A DNA stretch of 64,000 bases from Chrysomallon squamiferum (GCA_012295275.1 CM022675.1:9114001-9178000); one strand, 5' to 3'; positions 27,001 to 45,300 are shown, counted from the first letter of the stretch. Notes: generated from the letters alone by a model not told the origin. Program-made: numbers and translations.

Positions 27001-29027
27001 TGCATTTTTATGAAAATTTGAACTGTATGAATGTTGAAAGTTCTTATCCATGAAAAAAAAAAAAAAAAAAAGTGTATAATTGTTGTTTAATGCAAGCTGT
27101 TGATTGTGAAATTTATAGAGTATGAATGATCAGTAAAGAAATAAAAACTGTAAAAAAAAAAAAAAAATGTTGTTAACCTTCTCGTCTGTAGATTTGAAGT
27201 GAATTGCACGGTGTAAAAGAAAGAAGAAAAAAAAAATTGGGTACATTACCCATGTGAGTAGGCGTAAAACATTTGAACTGTGATATTGTGGTGTGGTAAA
27301 AACGCCAAGTTTTCATGAGAATAAAATTTGTACAGGTAATTCATGTGTTGTTTATTCTTGGACAAAACTTGTATAAAAAAAAAAAAAAAAAAAAGTTGAA
27401 CAAAAGAATTATCCACAAGTTTATTTTTGAGAAGGGGAGGCCTGTTTATTTTATCTGAATACTAATGTTGTTGTTTTTGTTTTTATTATTATTATTATTA
27501 TTATTATTGTTGTTGTTGTTATTGTTATCATTATTTTTAATCATTTATTTTGTTTTTATAAATACCTCATTGAAGTATACCTGAGACAAAATGTTGCAAG
27601 GGACATTAAAAATAAATAATTAAATAAATAAATTTTATACAGGTTATTTCATTTGGTTTGAGGCAGTAATGAGATAAAAAAAAGTTAACAAGTTTTCTCA
27701 CTAAACAGTATGTCATCTTCACCTTAGGCTGAAAAGCTGATCTTTAGCTTATCACATGTCTCAGTCTACCAAGTGAAATTATTATTAATTATTTTTCCTA
27801 ATTTAAAAAAAAAAAAAACTAATTCACAAACTTGCCAAACCAGTTGTTAACAATAAATAACAAATATAACACTAAACCCATACATCTACTTATACACATA
27901 GATTATATCATTACACAGTCTTTAACCATAATATATGTTATTCCAAAAAGACCACAGAATAAAGACATTTTAACAGTTTTGCTGTTGCCAGATGAATACA
28001 TTTTATCTTTTACCGTTTACTTTGATTTCTTTAATATTTTTTTTCTGAAATGCTGAAATAAAGACAAATGTAAAAGTAAATAATACATCTACTTGAAAAT
28101 CCACAAATATTTTGACTGAATGATTTTATTTATTTTTTAGCTGGGGTTTTGTTAAACAAACAAACAAAATATGGTTAGTTAAAAAGAAATAAAAATGCAG
28201 TTATCTGCAGCAGTGCATAATTTCACAAAAACACAGCAAAAACATATTTTTTCTGGTCTGTGGTAAAACCAACAGAGGGAAAATATCTTAAGAAATATTT
28301 TATTTAGCAATGCACTCAGTGCTGTTTTTAATCTAGAGTTTGAGAATGATAGAAATGAACCTATTTTAAACAGGATGTGTGTGTGTGTGTCGTTTTAAGT
28401 ATGTTTATATGTGTCTGTGTGTGTGTGTGTGTATCTTGTTTTAAGTATGTTCATATATATATATATATACTTTTTTTTTTTTTTTCATTTTTCATTTAGT
28501 ATATAATAATGTTTTTACATGAACCTTCTGGTAGACTGGAAACCAACACAGCAAAGAACAGTTGTTGATTGGAAAATATCCCAACAGACACTTGAACAGA
28601 ACAGAAACTGTGATTTGTACCAACATGCTCTGCAGTCTACCTGCCATAGCCAGTCACATAATATTTATTTGAAACCAGAAAACATAATTATAATGATAGA
28701 CTTAAAAAAAACTGTTTTATATATGTCTAAATTTTTAAGACAAAAATAGGGACAAGACTGACATTTAGGACTTAAAACCTTGAAATGAAGGACTGAGAAC
28801 AAGAATTGTCTAATCTCAAAAGAAATAAAAATTGAGCTCAGTGATAAATGTTGGTATTTAAAAACCTAATTGGTCTAACCCATGTTAATTAAATTTAACT
28901 GTCCATGAATAACTTTTTTCTGAGAAATAGAACATAGATTTCTGAAACTGGATTTTGTATAAGCTATCATTAGCTCCATTTCCCAGTTTCAGATAAATAA
29001 ACCATTAATCTTCTTTTTGTTTGCTTG

Positions 29028-29293
29028 TTAAGTACAGGTCAAGGTCAGCAGTGACCATGAACAATACTCTTCTCTGTAGATCACTTCTTCTGCCATACCA
29101 TTTCTTCTGGAGAGTTGTTTTAGTGTTCCGGTACTCTTTCAGTTGCTGTTGATTTATTCAGTTTAGGATGACCTGTTCAGTCATCTGTTCTGCTTCTCCC
29201 TAGCAGAACATGGAAAAGGATACAAACTCAGAACCTCTTATGCAGCTTGTTGTGTCCAGTCCTTAATTGGAAAATGATGGCTTGTTCGTGATA
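29028..29293 (-). mobile_element. Decayed 3' fragment of an I-group (Nimb/Ingi-like) non-LTR retrotransposon ORF2
   Basis: Minus-strand pieces HEQAIIFQLRTGHNKLHKRF*, C*GEAEQMTEQVI and TTLQKKWYGRRSDLQRRVLF resemble the 'EQxxIFRLRTGHNRL...CPCGE.EQT..H...KLYG...L' region after RNase H in such elements. Stops and frameshifts are present. Confidence 0.7.
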
Positions 29294-30112
29294 GGATATA
29301 TATACCATTAATATTTGGAGTTTCAGGATTCATGATAAAAAAATAAAAAAAAGCCAAAATTTCATTCTTACTTCATTTTGTTACTATCTTTTTGACCTCA
29401 CATCCATCAAATTTGATAAAAATAGATGTACAACAGACATCAACATAAAAAATAAATCAAAGAAAAAGAAAAAATATATATATTTCAGACTATACAGGTT
29501 TTTTTTTTTTTTTGTTTTTTTTAAGAACAAATTCTGTTGGTTCCACAAGTACAAAAACTGAAAAATTCTATGTTAGTCTAAACAATTTCAGGTCATTCAC
29601 CCTCAAGTCTTTATCACGAAATTTAATTCACCAAGGGCTTTCCTTTGTAAGAAGAACTGGGTTAGACTATGCTAATCATAATCCCTTTGAATGGTCAAGG
29701 TTACACCATACCATTAAAACTGAGTTATTACAAAATTACTGAACCTGAAATAAGTGTCAGCTTTACCAATTCATGGAATACAATTTAATTTATTTTTATT
29801 TTTTTTTTTTTTTTTTTGTTATTGTTCTTAAATGAGAAACTCTTACGAATATAATAATTACAATATTAAAATTGACATGTTAATATTATTCATGTAGGAT
29901 GTTTTCTTATGTTAAAATAATCCTAAATTTTATTTATTTATTTATTATAAATTGGGCGAAAACATTATTTCAAATATTAAAATGACAGTTTTATAACACT
30001 GTCCCTAATATAAAACCCAACTTGTGTCAGTCCTTACAAAGTAGGACAGACGATCCGATTTTCACTCAACGTGCTAGTCCCAGTTTTTGTCCCAGTCACA
30101 CAAGTTGTGGTG

Positions 30113-31617
30113 ATGGCAGCCGCTGTTCGTAGCAGACTGCAACGGACCGCCGCTTTTTATTGTTGTCAGACTATTCCACGCCGCAATGCGGTTACAAAAA
30201 ACAGATATGTCCATGACCATACAAATTCTATATTTCAGGATAGTTTGAAATGTCGTCAAGTTGAAGTAAGTATATTTCTAGTTTAAATTATTTGATCTGA
30301 AGAGGTTCACCTTTGATGTAAATTCTATAATGCCAATGACCTCCGACCTTGACTGTAGAAAGCACGTTTTCTTAGAAATTTCTGTGTTTTAATGCTATTT
30401 TGCATACTGTTTAATGACTGTAAAATTTATATCATTAAAAGTATTTATTTTCGACACTTTGAATATAACAAATCGATCGTTTAGGGCAGAAATCACGTTA
30501 GCAGACAATCATTTCGATTCACGTGCAACTTCTGAACTAGTGAAGTCTTGCATCATTAAACCGCGGTCATGTTTATAAAGTGATGAGGCTTTTTTTACAT
30601 TTGTCAGTTAAGATGAATACATTGAGAGTGTACATTAACACCACTGCCAAAACCTACAAAAATACAAATGCCCTTTCCGCAAAGAATTAAATTTAATAAT
30701 TGCATGTTGCGAACGTGACACTGGCAGTTGCAAAGCTCTACCCGAAAAAATTGTATGCTAAAATAATCATATATTAACGTGTTAAAAGTTTTATCAAATA
30801 TTTGTCTTATTTATCCATATGAAATCATAAAATATCCAGCATTTTTACTTAACCGTTTTGTATCTTGAATAGGAAAATCATGTTCAAGAAAAAGACCCCC
30901 CCCCAATTTTGATAGAGGACATGCACGACATCGAGACAGATGTTATAAGCTTGTTCGATTATGTTTATTAAACATTGACACATAATAATTTATTATTATT
31001 GCCAGCCATTTTGTTTTGAATACAATCTTGAATATATGTTACACTGGTACGATAGGCTCTGTACCTTAGAACCTTCTCCACAATTTTATTATTGATTCCA
31101 GAAATGGACAGACAGATGTTTCCTGCAGCGTCTAAATATTAATAAAAACATTTTTGGATTATTTATGATGGCAGTTTAATAGGGTTAAAAATATTGTAAA
31201 ATATTGTTAATAAAATATATATTGTTTTGGAACTTTTGTGATCAGGACTAATTACTGTCAGTAACTACAATTTGTAAAATATTCAATTTTTAGGTGAAGG
31301 GACCATCACCTCATCAGTTACACAGTTACTGCTGTGGTCGGTTACGGCTGTTACACAGTGTCCAGCCTGTCCGAGCTTTGTCCTCAAATGTGCCAGAGTC
31401 CAGCAGGGAGAATGTCGATCCTTATAAGCTTGTCGAACTTGAGTTACAGACATTAAGCTGGGAAATAAGAAAGGTTTGCTGCTGTTAGATTTATATAAAT
31501 GTATTACATATTTATATTAATTATGTTTGTGTAGATATGATATACATAACTTTTCATTAAATGTTAATAGTTGTCTGTATATTTAAGTTATGTACAAAAT
31601 GTAATATATACATATAT

Positions 31618-31648
<31 letters not shown>

Positions 31649-31714
31649 CATACACACACATAATATGTATATGGAAATATCTATATATTTCACTCTGTGT
31701 GTATAAGTGTGCAA

Positions 31715-31764
<50 letters not shown>

Positions 31765-34700
31765 GTCTATTTCATGTGTATTTCCGTCCGTCTGTATGTA
31801 TATCTTTCTTTTCTTTTTCTGTTTCTTATAGGAAATAACCACAAGCTATGATTCTCTCAGTCAGATTGCATCTTATTACTTTGATGGAAAAGGAAAAGCT
31901 TTTCGGCCTATGGTCATCATGCTAATTGCAAAAGCATGTAACATGCATAATCAATTAAATGAAGTGTGAGTACATGTTTGCAATGTTTAATAATGTTTTG
32001 TGTGTGTGCGAGTGTGCAATAAGATTTCGCCTTCAACATCACAATGTTAATAAAATATTTTTGGGGATTATTTATGATTCGGTTTAATAAAATTAATGAT
32101 TGCTATTTGTAAACATTTTGTTAATAAAATATTTTTGGAATATTTATGACATGGCTAATTACTGTGAGTTGTTAAATATTTTTAAAATATTGTTAATAAA
32201 AAAATGTTTTGAACTTTTGAGATATGGATTAATTACTGTCAGTAATTAAAATTTGTAAAATAATAAACACGTATTGAGATATTTTCATAAATTGGTAATT
32301 ACAGTTTTCACTGTTAAATATATTTAGTTATTACTAGCACCACCACCTTTCTTGCTTAATATTCTTGTCCAAAAAAAAAAAAAAAATTTTCTTAAATATG
32401 TAGGATATATATGGTAAGGGACAAATAAAAATAAAAATTTTTATATTTCATGAGGATTAAGAAAAAACTTGACATGTTAATAAAATTCAAAAGCTATACA
32501 TAAAGCCACAAATAAAAGAAATTAAAAAATAAAATGTCTAAACGTTGTGAATATGCTGTATACTTAGTCTGTCAGGGATTTTTTTGAGGTTAGATAATTA
32601 ACAGTGGTGATAAAAAAATAAGGAAATGTGATTAAGGGTGAACAAATGGGATGAATAAATTAGATGGACAATAAGGTGATGGGAACAAAAATGGTCAGCA
32701 AATGAGCTGAATAAATTTGATGAGCAAATGAGAATAACTATACTATTTTGATTAAGATATTTAAAATAAATATAAAATAAATGATTAATTTGAAAAGTAT
32801 ATCATTTGTTTGTATCACCAAAAATAGACAGGGAATAGATTGATTAACAAGAGTAGGTGAGCTGATTGTCACTTGATCAAATAAAATATAAATAAATAAA
32901 TAAAAATTAATAAATAAAAATATTTAAAATAAATAAATGAATAAATAAATAAAAAGTCATAAATAAAATGAATTAAATAAATGAATAACAAAAAAAAAAA
33001 AAAAAAAATAAAAAAAAAAAATAAGTAATAAATAAACGAATAAATAAACAAATAAAGAGACAAACGAATAAACAAAAATAAACAAATATAAACTGGGTCA
33101 TGTTGATTGGTTGGTGTGTTGCATTAGTTATTCATTCTTTCTTTTGTCCAGCTTAAATTTGTGTTTTTGCGTTCAGTTTGCTGCAATCTCAGAAACACGT
33201 TGCGATGATAGCCGAAATGATCCACACTGCCAGCCTCGTCCACGATGACGTCATTGATGCCTCGGATATACGGAGGAACAAATCTAGCATCCACAGTTTG
33301 TGGGGTCAAAGAAAGGTGACGGTCAAATTTATTTTCCAACAAAGAAAATGTGCTACACAGATTAAACATAGTTTTTTATACAACTGTTAAACTGTTTTGA
33401 TTAGCAGTATTTACAAGAATTAACTCAGATTTGCTAATGGTTTATGTATCTAGATTTATAACGAATGAAAGTTTAAGAAGGAACAATTTAATGCTGAATA
33501 AATACCATTTTTTGTTGTGGATTGTAATATCAAGGGAAATAACTCGGTAAAAAAATGTTCCATCTGACAAATCATCTAGTTTAAACTGTCTGTTATTATT
33601 ATTATTATTTTTTTTTTTTTTTCCCCAGGCAATTTTAGCTGGTGATTACATTTTATCTGTTAGTTCCATCATTCTAGCCCGACTTAGGAATACTCAGGTT
33701 GTAGCCATATTGTCTCAGGTTATTGATGATCTGGTCAGAGGTTTGTAACTTTATTTAAATAATAAGTTACCTGAGCAAGTTGTGTGTCTGTTTTAGCGTT
33801 TTGTTATGTGTGTGATAAATAAGCTAAATAAACTTGTGTATATAATGTGAGTACATACAGTTTTTGATTTGTGTAGGCATGTATGTATGTATATGTGTTG
33901 TGTTTTTTAGTGTAAATATGGTCAGAAGTTTGTAACGTTATTTGAATAACAGGTTACCTGTGTGAGTTTTGAGGTTTGTGTGTGTGTGTGTGCGTGTGTG
34001 TGTGTGTGTTTTGTGAATCAAGTGACATTCTAATCAGGTTAATTCTAGAATAACATTTTTACTGCTATTTATTTTAGACTTATTTATAATTTTAATATAC
34101 TTGACGTCAAACTGTTGAGGTGTGTATTTAAATGAGTGTTGTTTTTATTTATAATAAATTACAGACTGAATTGATTTCAGGAGAATTTATGCAGTTGGGG
34201 TCCAAAGAAGATGAAGATCAAAGATTTGCACATTATTTAAAAAAAACTTTTAAAAAAACAGCTAGTCTTCTTGCTAACAGCTGTAAAGCTGTGAGTATTC
34301 TAAACAGACATTTTATTTAATTTAATTTAATTTTTTATTTTATTTTATTTTATTTTATTTTATTTTATTTTATTTTATTTTATTTTATTTTATTTTATTT
34401 TATTTCATTTCATTTCATTTCTTTTCTTTTTCTTTTTTGTTTTTTCTCTGTAATTTTCATTTTTAAATTATTATTATTATAAAATAAACAATTGTCCCGT
34501 TTTTTATTTTCTTTTATGTTATTTAGTTACAAATTAAAAAATTTATTTACTGTGTTATTTTATTGTTGTTTTTTTTAGATATACATTTTATTTTAATTTA
34601 CATCAGTTCAATGTAAATACATAGCTGGAGAGAAACATCAATATAAACTATTTTTAATTTAATTTTTATTTAATTTTATTTAATTTTGTAATATTTTATG

Positions 34701-36352
34701 TATCTTTCTTTCTTATTTTGTTCTAATTTAGATGCTATCAAAAGTATTTATTTAATCAAATTCTTTATTTACTTGTAACATTATTTTTTGAATTCCAAAA
34801 TAAAATGACATATTAAAATATATTTTTCAGGCTGCTGTTTTAGGAAGATGTCCTGAAGAAGTGACAGAAATAGCTTATCAATATGGAAGAAACATTGGAA
34901 TAGCTTTTCAAGTTAGTTTTCTTAAAATAATATTTAAAAAAAAAAACAACGTTTAAACAAAATTTCTCTAGTTTGAATATTTGATTATTATTTATACTGT
35001 TTAAAACTTTAAAAAATATATTTTGAAGTTATATATATATATATATATAGCGTTTCATATATAGTGCCCAAATCACATATTTCTGTTCATGTACCAAATC
35101 ATAAACAAATTTAAAACTTAAAATATCCTTTTTTTATGTTTAATAAACTTTGGTCTCATACTGCAGATATCTAAGTGAAAAATTTCAAAATCTAACCTGA
35201 GTACTTTTGTATGTGTTTTTTATTCTGTCATCATTATTGTTATTCATTATTTTTGCATTTTGACTTAATTCAGTTAATAGATGACTTGCTAGACTTTACA
35301 TCAAGTGACCAAGTGATGGGAAAACCGACAGCTGCCGATTTGAAACTGGGACTTGCCACAGCTCCAGTTCTGTTTGCAGCTCAAAGAGTTAGTAGTTTTA
35401 CAGCATTCACAATTTTCTTCTGCTCATATCAGATAGCTACATCTTCAGTATGAATGCCTCTAACTAGACACGTAATTTGATTATCTGTTGTAATAAACAA
35501 AAAATAGTAAGAAATAAAGTATTTGCTTTTTATTCAAAGACATTAGCTGTGCATTATATACAGTTTGATTATCTGTTATATTAGAGAATAGTAATGATAA
35601 GAAATAAAGTATTTGCTGTTTAATTTAACACAGACCAAAATGACATAGCTACAAATAGTTCTGTATTAACACAGTTTGATTACCTGTTAGTTTATAGTAA
35701 TGACAAAGAGTAAAGTATTTGATATTTATTCTAAAACAGACCAAACAAAACATTTTGATAATCTGTTATAGCAGAAAATAGCAATAAGAAATAAACTCAT
35801 TTGCTATTTATTTTAATGTAGACCAAGCATCATGTTTACATTACCTATTGATATATTCATTGTTTAATTATTAAAAGTAATAAAAAATAGTAATAATAAG
35901 ATGTTATTTATTCTAAGAAAGACCGAACAACACAGCTACAAATTAAGCTGTTCATCATGCAGAAATTAACTTTGTTTTTCTGTTTGTAGTATCCAGAGTT
36001 ACACCACATGATAATGAGAAGATTCAGTTATGAGGGAGATGTAGAAAAAGCCAGAGAATTTGTAGCAAAGGTTTGTTTTAATTTATTATTCTGACTTTAA
36101 TAAATGAAATATTTGTTCAGAAGCGTACAAAGTGATACCTGAAAACCCATTATTATTAATTACTATTATTATTATTACTATTACTAATTTTATTATTATT
36201 ATTATTATTATTAATGCCACTGTTATTATTACTATTATTATTACTTCACTATTACTTCACTATTACTGTCACTATTATTATTATGGTTATTGTCATTTCC
36301 ACTACTACTACTACTGTTTATTGCTATTTATTTAATTAATTAATTAATTAAT

Positions 36353-36391
<39 letters not shown>

Positions 36392-36627
36392 TTCATATAT
36401 TTATTCCTATATTTATTCCTATATTTATTTATATATTTATTGCTATTTATTTATTTATTTATTTATTTATTTTCAAATTTCTGCAGAGTGACGGCGTGGC
36501 CCAGACAAGATTTCTTGCCACCCAGCATGCTAGAGAAGCTGTCCAACAACTGAGAAAACTAAAATCCTCCGATTCACAACTAGCCTTGATTCAGCTCGCT
36601 CAGATGGTTTTACTCAGAACAAAATAA
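30113..36627 (+). CDS. PDSS1: Decaprenyl/all-trans-polyprenyl diphosphate synthase subunit 1 (CoQ side chain), ~414 aa
   Basis: 10 exons: 30113-30265, 31294-31473, 31832-31965, 33177-33315, 33629-33740, 34181-34290, 34831-34911, 35274-35387, 35990-36070, 36487-36627. Phases are consistent (1245 nt). Motifs YYFDGKGKAFRP, EMIHTASLVHDDVID (FARM), AILAGD, GEFMQL, KTFKKTASL, GIAFQLIDDLLD (SARM) and MGKPTAADLKLGLATAPVLFA. The Arg-rich N-terminus resembles a mitochondrial presequence. Confidence 0.95.
35430..35960. repeat. Degenerate ~90-110 bp tandem repeat in PDSS1 intron 8
   Basis: Recurring TTTGATTATCTGTT...AATAAGAAATAAAGTATTTGCT...AGACCAA blocks, about 5 copies. Confidence 0.7.
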
Positions 36628-38339
36628 CAGAAGCAAATGTTTAGAAAAAAAAATATCTGACATTCTAAAGACAATTTGAGAGAAAGGGAAAAAAGAAAAA
36701 CGCACCAAAATTATCCATATTATTTTTTACTATGCATCAGATGCAAATGTTCTAACCAGTCAGGCTTGTATGCTTCATTATTTTTGAGGGGTGAGTTGGT
36801 GTGTGTGTGTGTGTGTGTCTTGAAAACACATTTGTCAAAGTGTGGGGGAAAAACAAATGAACAATGTTGTTGTATGTTTATTCGAATTTTTAAAATTGAT
36901 TTTGCAAGATCATGTTGAATTGTGGACACACACGCTCTCTACTAAACCTCTCTGCATACAGGCTTGTTTGCCAGTTAAATGTTTTATAACCAAATTTATT
37001 TTATGTTCATGACTGGTTTTGTTTTGACATAATAATTTTTAATTTTCTTCTATATTTTTTTTTTTTTTTTTTTTGTGGGTATGCTTTGCATAGCTTGTTA
37101 AACATATTTTATGGAGTTTCGTATTATACTAAAACAAAAATTTTACAACATTATTTGAATGTTATTAAAATGTTTTTTAACTGGATGTTTTTAATTTTTA
37201 ATTTTATATATATATAGATAGACATATATATATATAATCAGTTTAGTCAAATAGTTAAACAATAGAAATTTTATCAAAGGGATTTAAAAAAAAAAGAAGC
37301 CTTAATATTAGTTAAAAAAAAAAAAAAAAAAATAATAATAATAATAATAAAGCTTTTGAATAAAATATATAATATATACTGTAAAAGGATTTTTATTAAA
37401 TATTTATATAAAACTAAAACCAAAGGTGTCTTACTATATAAATATCATTCATTTAGTTTTTAAAATTAAATTTCGTACCACTGCATGCATTCCTATGTTC
37501 ATTAAATTAATAGGTTATATACAATTAGGTGAAGTTTAAACCTTTATCACAAATCTCCTTATGTACTTTAAAGGGTGCACGAGCGTCTGTGTGTGTGTGT
37601 GTGTGTGTGTTGGTTGTATGTAGTAAAGTTTATTTTTGCATGAATATGTGATTATGTGTGTGAATGAGAGAGTATGTATGTTATGAATGCATGCATATGT
37701 GTTTGTGTATAGTAACATGGATGAATGTTTTTTTCATTAGGAACTTATTTTGTATTCCCTTTATAAAATAAATTAGTGCTTTTCGTTTGTTTTTTTCATT
37801 ATACATACATATGTATGTATGCATTTACATGCATACATACATACATTGTTAAATTTATCTGCCTTATTCTAATTTTTATTTTGAAGTTTCCATAAATATA
37901 TTTTGTAAAATTAAGACTTAAAATTCATGACACTAAAAAATCATGAACATCTTTTCTTTTTTGGACTTAGAAAGTTACTAAGAGTTACCGTTGGCAAAAT
38001 AGCAATGTTTTTTCTACAGTAAGATATACAAGATATTTTGTTTTGTTAGATAAATTAAATATTTACAGATTGAAAAAATTAATTATTTATGTATTTGACA
38101 GAATTCTTTTCACATTTTTACATTAAATAAAACTAACCATCCAGATGAATTTTAAATGTTTTTAAGAAATTAAATTAATTACATTAATAATCAGGTTTAT
38201 TTATTTGATGAACTTGAATGCTGTGATGTTGAATTATTTAATCTACTGCAAAGCTTCATAACCACAATAATAGTCTGTTTGAAGATCTATTTGTTTATTT
38301 TAATTATGTATTTAAATTTTCCTGTTTAAGACAAATGTA

Positions 38340-38830
38340 AAATTTAACACAACCCTTTTATTTGAAACTTATTTATAATTCTGAATGAAACATTAACTTT
38401 TGACAGTGTTAAAATACAATCTTTAGTAAAAACCACTTGTTTGAAAACATTATTCATAAAGATAATTAAAGTTTTCTTATATTAACCAATTTAAATTATT
38501 CAACAAAACCACTGCTTTAAAAACAAATTTAAAATTTTATTGCTAGCCAAACTTCAACTTTAAAATTATCATTCATAATGATGATATGAATTTTCATATT
38601 TTAACAAGTTTAAAATTTAATCATTTGTCAAAACCACTGTGTTAATAATATTGAGAATGGTGATCTGAATTTTTGTATTTTAAGAGACTTAGAATTTAAC
38701 TATTTAATAGTTAAAAAAATACCTCTTGTTTGAAAAGGGCATTTGTTCTTATTTTACTGCTTAATTCTAATTAATGTGTTAACTTTTACAAATTACTTAA
38801 ATTGCAAAATCAGTGTTCAAACAAAATGCA
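38340..38830. repeat. Degenerate AT-rich tandem repeat between PDSS1 and cathepsin L
   Basis: Recurring AAAACCACT / TTGTTTGAAAA / TTTAAAATTT blocks at irregular spacing of roughly 75-125 bp. Confidence 0.4.
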
Positions 38831-39350
38831 TTTTATATCTTCAGTTTGATGTTTATTATTTTTAATTTTTATTTTTATGGAGACTTCCCTTTGTGTGTAA
38901 TAAAGAGTGATGACGTCTAAAAACGACAACAACAACATCAAATTCTCATGTCATTTACAAAAAGAGAAATAAATAATAAAAAAATTATATAATAATAATA
39001 ATAAAAACAAAACATTTAGATTAAATTTCTATGTGAACAAATAACTTGAATACGTTTTTTATATATTTATTATCAAATGACTGTTTTATTTGTTTGTTAT
39101 TAGAGTTTACCATTTATGGTATGAATAAAGACCAAAAGTATACTTTGTATCCTTCCAAGTTATTTGTTTGTTTATTACCTGTGTCCAACCTTTGATAAGA
39201 ACAAAGTATGGCAATAAAGTAATACATGCTTCCACTGTTTTCCTCTTTGAAATGAAAGTTACAGCTTCACTGCAGCACAAAACTGTTAGTGGCAATTTTA
39301 CTCTTCCACAAAACCTCATGCAGAGCTTACAATTGCTTCTTTATTTTTTA

Positions 39351-39392
<42 letters not shown>

Positions 39393-40453
39393 TATAAAAT
39401 TTTATTATTATTATTATTATTATTTTTATTTTTATTTTTTTTTTTATTATAGTTATTGTTATATTTTTTTTTCTGAAGCTACTTTTTGCATAGGGTTAAA
39501 AACTAATATATATATATATATAGACAACAAAAACAATATTAACACTGCCGCTACTATTGCTGCTGCTGCTGCTGCTGCTGTTGCTACTACTACTGGTACT
39601 AGTAATAATAATAACGATAACTTTAACGCGTTGACCATAACATGACCAGCGTTTTTGATAATTACAATAAATCTTATCCACTTTTGATGGATAAGCTTAC
39701 ATTTTTTTATAAAATAAGTAAGCAACAACAACAAAAGATATTAACCACATATGCAATATTTGTAATGCTACATTTTATTTTTATTAATATAATTTAAAAA
39801 AAAAAAAAATAAAATAACATCTTTGCATATACCACTGAATAAAATCTGAAAAGTTTCTTCGTAAAACTTCTTTGTCAATTTAAATCTGTTTTATGCATTA
39901 ATTTGTGACGTGAATATATTAAGTTAATAGAGAAATAATACTAGCGATTAGTAACTCAAGTTTTTAATTTCACAAATGCCTTTTAAGTGTAAGAAAAATA
40001 ATTACGATATAATTTTACACACATTTTTTATGCAGAATATTAAAAAGTTATGAATTTAATAATTAAATGAAATTAAGCGTTTTAAATCATTTATCTGTTT
40101 TAAGTTAAAATATGCATTCCCACAGGTGAAAATATATCCCAGAAAAAAAATGATAAATAAATAAAAAATTAGAAGAAAAACGAACGTAGTAATAGTCGTA
40201 GTACTAGTAGTAGTAGTAAAACCCATACCATCCCTGTCCTATTTCCAAACTTCGAAAGCAAAAACATTGCTCACAAAACAAATAACTATAAAATCCGACA
40301 TATACAAATTTATTTTAAAAAGTCAACTTTTATTTCTTTTAGGAGTAACAAACTTTGAAATTCAATGAGACGAATTGTATACAAAAAGTTTAAGATGATG
40401 ATTCATATTTACGATAGCTAATTATGACGTAAAATGTATGACAGTTGAAATGA

Positions 40454-44223
<3,770 letters not shown>

Positions 44224-44424
44224 CTGAAACAGAAACACGTGCTTTTCACTGACCAATCCGCATGCAGATAACGGGTATCTTTGTTCGTATACACAAAAAA
44301 CATAATCATTCGGTTTATTGGTGTATTTTTAATTTTTCTTTTTTTTCCATTACTGATGACCAGTCGCTTGCTCATAATAATGTATGGCAATAAAATTTAA
44401 TACTACTACTACTACTAATAATAA

Positions 44425-44459
<35 letters not shown>

Positions 44460-45202
44460 ATAGTAGTAGTAAGTAATAATAATAGCTTTTTAAAAATCAT
44501 AACCAAAAATATTTAAAAATGAAAACCGTCACAGAAATTTTCATAAAGTGTATCAGCTGAATTAAAATTCTGAACTTTTGAAATTTTATGTTGCTAAATT
44601 TATGTTGCTAAATTCCATTCTCGGTATTTATACTACTACTACTAAATAAATAATAAATAAATTAATAAAATAAAATAATAAAATTAATAATAAAAGAAAT
44701 AACGTGAAATAATAAAATAAAAATAATTAATAATAATAAAACTTCAAATAAAAGATCGAATAAATAAAATAAAATAATAAAATAGATTAAATAATATAAA
44801 ATATAATTTAAAATTAAAATAATAATAATAATAAAATAGATTAAATAATATAAAACATAATTTAAAATAATAATAATAATAATAAAATAGATTAAATAAT
44901 ATTTAAAAAAAAATAAAATACATAAATAAATATAAATAAATAAATAAAATAAAATAAATAACAAAATAAAATGAAATAAAATAAAATAACAAAATAAATA
45001 AAATAACAAAAAATAAATTAACAAAATAAATAAAATTAAATTAAATTAAATAAAATAAAATAAATAAAATAAAATAAAAAATGAAATAAAATAAATAACA
45101 AAACAAAATAAAATAAAACAAAACAAAACAAAACAAAACAAAACAAAATAATTTCTCGACTTCATAATTTCTCTGAGCATTACGCTTCGTCTTTTATCTT
45201 AC

Positions 45203-45300
45203 CTTTGAAGAGTTCTCTTTCCTTCCGATCGCGTGGATGCCAGATTTTGATTTCCTCCTGGTTTTATACCCACCCTCTCCGTCGCGTGCGCACGTGATAC
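45203..45300 (-). promoter_or_regulatory. Cathepsin L core promoter and short non-coding first exon
   Basis: Minus strand: TCACGTG E-box (45291-45297), TATAAAA (45262-45268), predicted TSS ~45238, and donor AAG|GTAAGA at 45202. An acceptor sits directly before the ATG at 44223. Confidence 0.7.

Noticed and set aside
28519-28749. 76-aa ORF with repeated VDWK
   Set aside because: No recognisable family or splice structure. Possibly a decayed repeat.
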